64,000 bases of DNA from Macrostomum lignano (Eukaryota): assembly GCA_002269645.1 (NCBI GenBank), contig NIVC01001141.1, forward strand, positions 62,001 through 126,000, given 5' to 3'. Positions 36,601-47,515 of the stretch are shown here, piece after piece (the stretch's first letter is position 1; each line of letters begins with the position of its first letter). The notes under the pieces were generated by a model that saw only the letters and a list, made by a program, of their open reading frames with translations, ran no database searches and was not told the origin of the DNA. The translations under genes and the position numbers were made by a program.

Positions 36601-39600
36601 CTGCCATCAGCTCCAACCTCGGTGTACTCATGGTTGTGATTGGAGCTACTCGAGTCTTCGAGATGATAAGTCGAACGGAACGTTCACTGTCAGTTGCCGT
36701 TTCACTTCTCCAGTAGCATACAGCTCCGTAAGCTTTCTCGGATGCGTCAACGAACACGTGCACACTACCCGACAGGGAATTTTCTCCTTCAAGCGCCCTG
36801 GAAAGCCGAATCTCGCTTAAATGCTTCAGGTCAATGCACCAGGCGCTCACTTTTGCACTAAGTTCTGCATTCAGCGGTTCATCCCAATCAAGACCTGTCT
36901 GCCAAAGCTCCTGCATCAGAATCTTCGCCTGCACGACAAATGGAGAGATCAGTCCAAGTGGATCAAAGACGCTCGCTAGCTTCTTCAGCAGACCTCTTTT
37001 TGTGGTCACCTGACGCGACTCGTTTTCATCTTTAAAGGTAAATTCGTCCTGCTCACTCTGCCACGTGACACCCAGTGTCTTGGTGCTTGGTAGTTCTTTG
37101 CTGTCCAAGGTAACTTCGGCTGCACGGTCTTCAGGTGGGATTCTATCGAGCACAGCTCTCGAGTTCGAGACCCACTTGCGCGCGTGCATGCCGGCGCGCC
37201 TCCAGAGCTCACTGAGTTGATCGTACAGCCTGCAGGCGGCTGCCTCGGTGGGCGCAGAGTCCAGGCTGTCATCCATATAGGTAGAGTGCAGTACTGTCTC
37301 GGCCGCCTCTGGAAGCTCACCTTTTAACTTTTCAGCATGGCAGCGGGTAACGAACTGTGCCAAGAAAGGAGAGCTGGTGACGCCGAACACCACTCTGTTG
37401 AACTCGTAGACATCCGGTTGCTTTGAAGGATCGGCGTCCCGCCAAAGGAAACTGTGCAGCGGCCTGTCCTTCGGGTCCATCTCGATCTGGAGATACATTT
37501 CCGCTACGTCGCATGCGATCGCAATCGGGTGTCGGCGGAACCGAAGCAGCACGTCAACCAAATCCCTCTGCAGTTTGGGGCCCTGGAGGATCTGGTCGTT
37601 CAATCTGGCAGCCGATGCATCAAAGACTATCCGCACTTTTGTTGTAGCCTTGTCTGGCCGCAGCACTGGGAAGTGCGGCAGGAAACAGCGGCCTTCAGTC
37701 TCAGCTTGCGACACTTTTCGGATATACCTTGCTGTTCATACTTTTCAAGGATCTCCTGATACTGCTTGCAGACGTTCATATCCTTAATCAGCCGCTGTTC
37801 GGTGTTCTTTAGTCGCTTCAAGGCCATTGAGAAAGTGCCTGCTGGAGCCAGCCGATCCTTTTTCCATGGAATCCCGATCTGGTAACGGCCCTTCGTGTAC
37901 TTTAGCGACGACTTGGCTTGCTGGACGGCTCTCTCCTCATCGGCGGTCAGCGGACTTCGATTGGCACCTTCTGAGACGTTCTCGATCTCCCAAAACTGCC
38001 GCAGGATCTTAGCCACCTGACCAGATTCGGAATCGCAGCTGAAGAAAGTGGCAGCAAAATGGGCGTTCTGCATCTCAGAATTGTCCTGCTCTGTGCGACC
38101 GATGCACGTCCAACCCAGGGGAGTCAGGCGCGCCTTTGGCTCCAGCGGCTGTCCGACGATTTCTTTGAGAGACACGTGAAGATCCGGGTGATCAGCACCA
38201 ATCAGCAAGTCCACTACTGCAGGCTCACACAGCTTCGGAAACGGCACATTTCTCAGATGAGGCCACTGCTGCGCTTCTTCGTGCCAGTCGACGCCTTTGA
38301 GGGACCCAGTCACGTGATCAGCGGTGAAGGCGACGATCATTGAGCTGGTCTGACCATCCAGACTTTCCAAGCTAAAGCAGACTGGGGCTGTCATGAAGGT
38401 CTCTGTTTGGCCATTGATGACTCCGACTTTCACCTTTTCGAGCGCTCCATGCACTCCAAGCGCTTCTGCTATCCCGATGTTGACGTAGCTCCTGGTACTG
38501 GCATCGTCGAGCAAGGCATTCACCTTCAGCTTCCGGGACCCGTTCCGTAGGACTACAGGTACCGTTCGTAGCGAGATTGCCGTTTCACCAGCCGACAGAA
38601 GCGTCACCGGTCCAGTCTTTCCTGAACTGGAAGCGGATTTAGCGTCCTTGGATGCAGTCTGCTTCGCTTCACCAGACTTGGCCAACACTTTTTCTGCATG
38701 AAGCAGGCGATGATGGAACTTTGTGCAGCTGCTGATGCCGCACCGACGACCACGCCGACATTGGCTGCCAAGATGTCCTTGGCCCAAGCACCGGAAACAA
38801 CACTTCGAGCTCTGCGCCGCGTCCCAGCGTTTTTCCACCGGAAGCTCCTTGAACTCACTGCAGGACCACAGCTCGTGATCACCTTGACAAACAATGCAAA
38901 TCTTTCGCTGTACCTTCTTGTCACTGTCCGTAGTAACGAAAGTCTTTGGTCGCTGCTCTCGCTTTTGACGCTCCTGCTGCATGGTGGCAACGCCCTGCAC
39001 AATCTCTGACGCTTCAGTCTGAAACTCTGCTTCTTGCAGCACCCAAATTCTCAGATTTCTAACACTCTCCGGCTTCCGCTGCTCAAAGATCCACCTCCGG
39101 TAGCTGGCAACCATCTGCTCAGGCAACTTTTTCTGCAGCCTCACATACAACATCCCATCTTGAAGCTCTGCCTCTTTACCCGCATCCTCAAGGTTAACGA
39201 CAGCCACATCCAGTAGATTAGCAAAGCTTTTCAGATCCTTGGCGTTTCCATTTCGCACGATCGGGAAGCTGTCCAGCTCTTCCAAGTGCAGAGCAAGTTG
39301 CCTACGCTGTCCACCAAATTCTCTCTCTAATCTCTCTTTTGCAGCTTCATATGCCGCAGCAGAGTGTCCTAGATGTTCTATAACCTTCAAAGCTTCACCG
39401 CTGAGGTACTGCCTAAGCTGCAGCAACTTGAATTCTGGTGTTGCAGGGGCGCTGTCGATGCACGCAACAAAGGCTGCCTTCCAGTTTTCATACTTCTGCT
39501 TTTCTCCACTAAACGTTGGGATTTCAACACGCTTCAGCATCTTCCACAAATCCTTTGAAAGCTCCTTCGGGTTGGATCCTTTGCTGGACGCAGCACTGCC

Positions 39601-40420
39601 AGAAAGTTTGTGTAACTCACCAGCTGCTTCTTCTTGGTCACCCGCAGCGTTCTCACCGCTTGAGCTCGCGGCAGGAGGAGCTTCTTTGGCGCGCTGCAAT
39701 CTCCGGTTTCTGGCGCTTTCGACGCGCTGCATGGCAGCTTGGCAGTCGCGCTCCGTCTCCTCCATTTCGTCTAGTAGGCGCTGTCGCCTCTCGTTGTCCT
39801 TGGCGTCGGCGTAGCCTTCATGCAGTTCTTCCTGGATGGCGCTGACCAGATCTTGCAGGTCTGACAGAGCGTCACAGGCAACTTGCACTTCGTCATCAGA
39901 GGCGTGCGTCTTTAACAGCCAAGACAGCTTGTTTTTGCAACGAGTGAACGCTGCTTTTTTTCGGGATTTCTCGAAGCGCAGCTTCTCTAAACGTAGGGCG
40001 CCGGCATCGTCTTGGGCTTCCTGCTGCTGCTGCTCATTGGCGTCGTCACTGTCCATCCTGGTCCTTCGTTTCACAGTAGGGTTCTATTGCTTGCCACGTC
40101 AGTGGTAAGTTAGGCTTGTCCAACCACGCTCTGCTACCAAAATGTACTGTAGAAATGAAAAGACCGATGGTCCGCCAATAACTATTTTGGAGCTGAGGCT
40201 CAAGCGAGACGCTAACAAAACGAAAAGCGTAAACCGTACACAGGGCTAATAAGCCCTCTCGATGATATATTTATTGCAGTCAGTCAGAATCAGCCAGCGT
40301 GGAGGGGGGTGGGTGAGATGGGCCTGGGCTAAATCAGCGTACATAGAAAATTGAATAATAAACACGTACATTAAATCACGCAGTGGAATTGGAAAGAAAA
40401 TCAATGCTACTAATCTACCT
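33688..40420 (-). mobile_element. Full-length BEL/Pao LTR retrotransposon: 3' LTR 33688-33973 (286 bp, TG..CA), PPT ~33976-33986, PBS 40122-40139, 5' LTR 40143-40420
   Basis: The two LTRs match. PPT AAGGTGGGGGG lies two bases before TGTTTGGG. PBS TGGTAGCAGAGCGTGGTT is complementary to an initiator-Met tRNA 3' end. Domain order is gag-PR-RT-RH-IN. Confidence 0.95.
34700..40074 (-). CDS. BEL/Pao gag-pol polyprotein (~1,790 aa), split by a 1-bp deletion at 37727
   Basis: IPTFSGEKQKYENWK (DUF1759-type gag), three Cys-His knuckles, LLDDAS protease, YMDD RT, DASEKAYGA RNase H, HHCC zinc finger and VDFAGP..FSDNGTNF..GGVHE integrase. Confidence 0.93.
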
Positions 40421-43057
40421 TGTACTATTCCGTGCAAGGCCAGCATTAATTTTGGCCAACTCCCAAGGCACAGACAGAGTGTACTCGACTAGAAGCCCCT
40501 CAGGGCTGCTGTACACCCTGTGTGAGCGCGTGCCTGCGTACAGTATCCGCGCGTGTGTGCATGCATTTGATCAGGAGCCTTCAAATACTGAGCCCAAAAT
40601 TTAAGCGCATTGTTTTGAAATGGTATATTCTCTCTCTATATCAGTGGTACTTGTGATAAATTGGAAAAAAGTTCTCAAATTGCACTCAGAGCCATGAAGT
40701 CGAGGCTACAGCAGCGCCAAATGCTCTCACGTATGTCGGCAGCTCCACGTGAGCTTTCAGGCTGTGGCTCAGTGAGTCCAGACAGACCAGGCGAACCAGC
40801 AGGCGCCACAGCTTCCATTTCGGCGGCGCTGGTGGGGGACGGAAGAAAACATGACCAACAATTTGATTGCCCCGTGAGTGGTTGCCGTGGCGGCAGAAAA
40901 GCAAGTGCACCGGAGTCCTCCAAGCTTCAGAAATATTCTTTTCCTCTTCGCTCGACTTCCCATATGCGACTGTGGGAAAGGTGGGAGGGTATGGCTGAAA
41001 AGTACGAGTATGCTCTCTCGTGAATTGAGGTAAATGATGAGGCAAATTGTCCCTTTGCCCAGGCACTTGCACAAGAACTGGTCACCGTGGTGTGGCACAG
41101 GTGTCAATCAGGCCCTGACACTGGCACATGTGTGACCTGGTCACCATGGTGTGGCACAGGTGTCAATCAGGCTCTGACACTGGCACATGTGTGACCTGGT
41201 CACCATGGTGTGGCACAGGTGTCAATCAGGCCCTGACACTGGCACATGTGTGACCTGGTCACCATGGTGTGGCACAGGTATCAATCAGGCCCTGACACTG
41301 GCACATGTGTGACCTGGTCACCGTGGTGTGGCACAGGTGTCAATCAGGCCCTGACACTGGCACATGTGTGACCTGGTCACCATGGTGTGGCACAGGTGTC
41401 AATCAGGCTCTGACACTGGCACATGTGTGACCTGGTCACCATGGTGTGGCACAGGTGTCAATCAGGCCCTGACACTGGCACATGTGTGACCTGGTCACCA
41501 TGGTGTGGCACAGGTATCAATCAGGCCCTGACACTGGCACATGTGTGACCTGGTCACCGTGGTGTGGCACAGGTGTCAATCAGGCCCTGACACTGGCACA
41601 TGTGTGACCTGGTCACCGTGGTGTGGCACAGGTGTCAATCAGGCCCTGACACTGGCACATGTGTGACCTGGTCACCATGGTGTGGCACAGGTATCAATCA
41701 GGCCCTGACACTGGCACATGTGTGACCTGGTCACCATGGTGTGGCACAGGTATCAATCAGGCCCTGACACTGGCACATGTGTGACCTGGTCACCATGGTG
41801 TGGCACAGGTATCAATCAGGCCCTGACACTGGCACATGTGTGACCTGGTCACCATGGTGTGGCACAGGCGTCAATCTGGCCCTGACACTGGCAAATGTGT
41901 GACCTGGTTGCCAGCACTGGCACAAAGGAAAGGAAAACAGACTTCCTGACGTACACAAGGGTAACTCATGCACCATGATCCAATGACTTACCTGTTGCTA
42001 TAAAAACAGCGAAGCAGCAGATAAAAGTTGCTTTGGCAAAGAACAGTCTCAGTTGAAGCGCCATTGCAAACAGGTTGCTATTGAAGCAGGTCCTTGTGGT
42101 CGCACAGCCTTGTGGTTGCTGCTGTATTTATCCTGGAGGCATCCCGCGCCCTCCCACGCGGACCAAGGACTTAAAATCAGAAGTGGGGCACTCTAATGGG
42201 ACTTGGCGGTTTGCGTGTATTTTTGCTCTTAAAATACTAAGACAAAAGCAACCCCTCGTCTTCCTTAGGATCGACTACCGTTTAAAGCAGAACGAATTAA
42301 CGGCTGTTTGCGCAGGCCACAGCATGACGCATCTTAGGGCCGATTTCTCAATCCCTGTTTACCACAGCAATGACTAATTTTGCAGTTTGCTTGCAGTTGT
42401 ACGAGCATGGTCCAACTGAGCTAATATACAGTTCGGCACACGTCATTCCAATACTGAATGCAGTCCAAGCGAGTCTGTTCGCTCAGATCATTTCAACGAC
42501 ATGTAGTTTCGACGTATTGACGCACCAATCGTCTTATCTTGTGTATTATGCAAGTAAAGTTTGTCAATTAATCTCGGTTTTGTTAAACAAAATGGCGTGA
42601 AGAATGTAATATACGTATTGAAACTTTTATTGTAGTGAACAGCATAGAGAAGGAAGAAATTAATTTTGACGAAAATGACCAACTCTCTGCAGAGAAAGAT
42701 AACAAAATATTCTGCTTGGATGCAGAGTCTGTATCGATGCTGGTTGCCGTCGAAGATCAACTCAAGTCATTGCTGTCCTAGAAGCAAAATCTTTTTGTGA
42801 TGTGTCGCGTTTATTTAATGCGAATGGCACAGACTGTTCATCGTCGACTCAGGGACTACTTAAACTACTGTGCCAGTGGAGTTTAAGTAGTCCCTGCGTC
42901 GACTGCTTCTGCATCGGCCACTAGTCAAGTGAAAGATCAAGGTCAAGGATCAAATGAAATTGGCCATAAACTTAAACTGGGCACAAAATGCTTTATTAGC
43001 GGTCAGTGCTGGGGTTTCTGTGCACCAATAGAGACCCAGACCCAACTGTCTGCAACC

Positions 43058-46000
43058 ATGCCCCAAACACAAAGAATGTATGTCTGCTGCTTGATACGAA
43101 AGAAACAAAGACTTTCTCTGGGACTGGAAACATTGTATTTTCAGCATCCACATTGGCATGTGAGAAATGGTCGACTTTGGCTGAAAAATTGCTGCGACTT
43201 ATCAAGCTCGCATATCTGCTTTAATGAATAAAAATAGTGTCTAATTTGGTTACGTCGGTCCGCAGCATTTCATGCAGCGAATGGATGGTACGAGTGCGCG
43301 TGCATAAGCTGGAAGTGAGCGGGGTGGTCCGGCTGCTTTCCTACTGTGCAGAGATTCGAAGACAATAGAAACGGCTGTTTCTGCCCTCTCAAGCTCGACC
43401 GTTGTCTGTACAGCTTGTTCGCTGCAACTGTGCCCCGCAAGTACATTGTGCAGCCCGCTTCAAAGGTAAAAATGACGCCTCTTTGCTAGCAAGGTATTAA
43501 AAGGAGACGCAGCTTCAAGCTCTATAAGACTGATGGCATCACTACTCAAGTTTTAGTACCATAGTGGTTAAAATAGCTTCTCCATCGCCTTGCACTGTGC
43601 TCGAATCTTTGCTGTGAATAGCAGCGAACTGATGGCGAACGGAAATCGGCAAAACTTCACCGGCTTGAATTTTAGCTTGGAAATCGCCGACCCGGTGAGC
43701 CTAACTTGACAATGACTCGCGGTTCAGAGCAGGGAGCACAGGGAGCAGATTTCTGCGTTGCTTTTGAAGCACCAAGTTTTGAAGAAGGGCAAATTCTAAT
43801 CTGTACTGAATCTTCGTCACTCTAACCGTAAGGGTCTGCAACCTTTTTATCTTTGGGCCAAAAAATTGACTCTCCTTAAATTAGACCTTAAATTAGACGT
43901 TAGGGAACAGGAGAGAAGATTGAGGATAATGGAGAGGAGAGGGCGGAGAGAAAAGAATAATATAGTTCAGGAGGACAAAGGAAGTGACAGGCATGTGAGA
44001 CTATAAATTCCAGACGCATATGATATGACCCATTATGACCCTAATCTCGTCTCTCATCAAAGTAAATTCTCCTCTCATGATTCCGACAGTCTCGACTGGT
44101 CATCACTTGGGACCATGGCTGTGAGGATTCGTTGCAAATAATTGGCCCAGAAGATCCAAGGCGACAGAAGCAGGAGGAGCAGAAGCAGCAGCAGCTCGGA
44201 CCAGTTGTTTTGGCTCAGCTAAGCCGCGACTCTTCCGGTCAACTGCGACTCCGGCTGAGCTGCAGCTGCGACGGCACCGCAGCTGTGCCTCTCGCGAACA
44301 GCGCTCCGGTCCCTGCCGCGGGCAGCTGCCACCTATCTGAGGAGGTGCCGGGATCTGATGATTCAGATAATGATGACGCTCTTCGTATCAATGATGTTCC
44401 TCCACTCGGCGAGGACGTTCAGCGAAAGTCAGACGCGTCAAACGAAGCTGTTGCGGAAGCGTCCAGCTCGAGCTACGCCAGTGCTCTTGAGGAGTTCGTG
44501 ACCACAGAGCGAACCTACGTGCGCCGGCTTGGCCTGGTGTTCGACGTGTACTATCTCGGACTGCAGAGTGCAGTGCAGGAACGGCGGCTGACCTGCTGCA
44601 GCCAGGATGAGCTAAAGCGCGTCTTTGGACACTTCCAGAGCATGCGGCTGCTGCATGAGCAGCTGCTGTCAGACCTACTGGAAAGCGAGCAGCAACTCGG
44701 ACAGCTCATGTGCCAGTATGGCCATCAGCTCAAGAGCTACAGTACTTACTATTCGACATTTCCGCAGACAACTGCAACTGTCCGTGGCTGGATGACCGAT
44801 GAAGCCTTTAGGCGAGAGTTCGCCCAGCTGCGGCAGCAATGCACAGATCAGGTGGAAGCGCAACTTGACCTGCGGGCTCTGCTGCTGGAGCCAGTGCAGC
44901 GGCCAATGCGCTACCCCATGCTGCTGGATCGCTACCTCGAAGAAATTGGATCCGGCCACGTGGATTTTGCCAGCGCGCATCGCGCCAAAAACACCGTTCT
45001 GGAGTCGCTTAGTGAGCTAGAGAAAAGCCTACGCGATTTCTCCGCCTTTCAGGAGAGGCTGCAGCTCCTTCGCTCCGTGGCTTTCCCAGCCACGCTGGCA
45101 CCTCACTGGGAGGAGTTCGCGCACTGCTGTCTCCGCCACGGCCGCGCCTGGCAGGAGGAGAAGCCGCGCTATCTCCTGCTGTCGAGGCGCACTCTGCTCA
45201 TCTGCGCGTCAAGCCGCTTCCGCCAGGAGACCTGGACTGCCAAGCGGGCTTTGCCGGTTCCTGGCGACCTCCGTGTACTCGGCTGCGAGGGCTGCTTGCT
45301 GCGCATGGACACTGACAGCGATGCCCGGCTGCAACTCGAATTCGGCAGCCGCAGAGGAGCCGAAGAGGAAGCCCGCGGGGACAGCAGCGACAGCGGTAGC
45401 GACGGTGTCCGCGAGTGCCGCGACTGGGCCATGGAGCTGCGCAGACTTGGTGTGCCGTTCTTTGACTCTCCGACTGAAGGTGATGATCAATTGTTGCCAT
45501 GGGAACGGGCTGCTGGGCGCACTGGGCGGCCAGTGATGACGCCTCTTGACAAAGCGTCACGCTGTCAGGGCTGTGGAGCCACTTATCGCCTGCTGCAGCG
45601 GCGCCGCCTCTCCTGCCGAGTGTGTGGGGGCGCCTTCTGCTCGGACTGCACCAGCTACCAGGCACAAACCAGCTGGGGAGGCGACAAATCGCTGCGTTGC
45701 TGCTTCTTTTGCCGCATAGCAGCGGGTGCGGAGCCCACGGAGCTCGCCTCCGATCGACACCGCCAGCTGCTAGCTCGATTTCGCAGCGTGCGCGCGCTTG
45801 ACGAGAACCAGGAGAGCCTCAAGGGTCACGTGACGGCCTGGTGCTCCGGCCGCTGGGTCAGCTTGTGGTGTCGCGTGGACCCGGAAGGTCGCCAGCTCGC
45901 CCTGTACAAGCACAGACGGGACTTCCTCCCGGTGATGGCCATCCAGCAGCCGCAACTACGCGTGGAGGTTACAGAGCCTGAAAACGCCGACAAGACAGGC

Positions 46001-46294
46001 ACTCCTACCGAACTGCTTGTGCACGACCATCAGCGGCGCCGCGACTGTCGACTTCGGCCTGCCACTGGAGATGACGGCAGCCTCTTCGCTCGGATAGCCG
46101 GCCTTCTCGGACGCTGCGCGGACGACCTCAATGGGGTCGGTACGGACAGCGTGGACGCTGATCCGGCCCCGCCGAATTCGACAGCGCTGCAGACATTGGC
46201 GCTGCCGCCAACCACCGCATCACCGCTCGCATCGTTGTCACCTTCACCCATCCCGTTTGGCGATGATCTGGAGCTGATGCCAGAGCCCTGGTGA
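43058..46294 (+). CDS. FGD-like: FGD-like RhoGEF (DH-PH-FYVE-PH); large exon 44090-46294, tentative 5' exons 43058-43159 and 43352-43465
   Basis: DH: EEFVTTERTYVRRL..LLLEPVQRPMRYPMLL. FYVE-like: CQGC..RRRLSCRVCGGAFCSDC..RCCFFC. A PH-like W/LYK segment follows. There is no ATG before the DH domain in the long ORF, so phase-0 GT-AG 5' exons are proposed (low confidence, ~0.45). Confidence 0.8.
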
Positions 46295-47515
46295 GCGGCT
46301 GGAGCAGTGAGAGAGGCTCGAGCACTCTCTGGAGCAATGATGAATATTTATTTCAACTGAATATGTGAATCGTTTTGACGGAACTGGGTTTTCATTTGCA
46401 TAGACAGCGGGAAAAACAAAAGGCGTTTTAATTTTTGTTTGTTTCCTACAGGTGAGTATGTGCGTTACATGTTTCTGCATCATGGCGAGCTACAGTTTTC
46501 AATATACATTGTACAGCATAGTTTTTTGCTGCCTATTCTGACTCAATTCTGACTCAAACTCTGGCGCGGAAAAAATGTCCCGCTAAATACGAGCTGCTAG
46601 TTAGGGCGGCTGCTCTGTTCTGCGCTATGTACTTTTATAGCAGCCACCTCTGCCTCCTCAATGTTTAAAGATGTAATTTACCGTTTCGGATAAATTTACA
46701 GGTAGAATTGCAGCATATTTTGAACCTATCGTGAGGAGTATTGTAGAAACTCTGTGACAGTGTGGTTTGCTGCTCTCAATAATACAGAATTCACTGATTG
46801 CTCACCGTTCTGACAGTGCGTCCCAGAGCAAATCAAAGTTTCCTGCCAAATGCGTTCATATTCGCAACTCAAAAGAGTGCCTCGTACGAGGCATAATTGC
46901 TGGTTTATTTGCAGTGCTCGTTTTCTTCATTTTCAGTCTGGATTCGCACTTTACACAAGAGTGAGTCTTGCCAGTTTCTGCCATAAGCAGACCAGCTCAT
47001 GCAGCGGGCTGATGGGGGAACAAAATGAGAAAATTTGAGAACCAAATTACGAGGGCCTTCAATATACAGGACGGATTCCAAGCAAAGGTTGGTGTTCCCG
47101 ACAACAATTATGAAGCCAGTGCGGGTTCAACCGGGGTGGTTCGACAAGTCAATTATTTTAAACCATAACCATACTTAAGCTGGAGACTGAAAGGCAAGCC
47201 ATTTTCAAGCACACTTCCGTAGAAATTTTAACTTTCATTTTGCCAGCCATTTTTCTGAACTGGATTTTCAGACGGTCCATGGTGAAAAGCCTTTGATGCA
47301 ATGCTTGCTATAAACCTATCAAGTTGAGTCTCCGATGGAATTTCTTCAAGCCTCCAATCGAACACAAATCTTGTCCCGCATGACCAGATCATGAAATTTC
47401 GATCTCGCTAATAAATTTCGGATTCGGTCTTCAATATAGAAATCCACACTGTCCCACTCCAGCCGGCGGTCCTCAGCCAGCGGGGGTCAGGCTGCAACTC
47501 GGGAGTCGCGCAAGG

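Noticed and set aside
43829-43870. hAT-like terminal sequence (AGGGTCTGCAACCTTTTT)
   Set aside because: Only one end is visible, with no inverted partner or TSD.
47048-47480. Mariner-like end (TACGAGGGC) and a DFY-containing peptide
   Set aside because: No matching inverted terminus was found, and the peptide lacks the SPDL motif.
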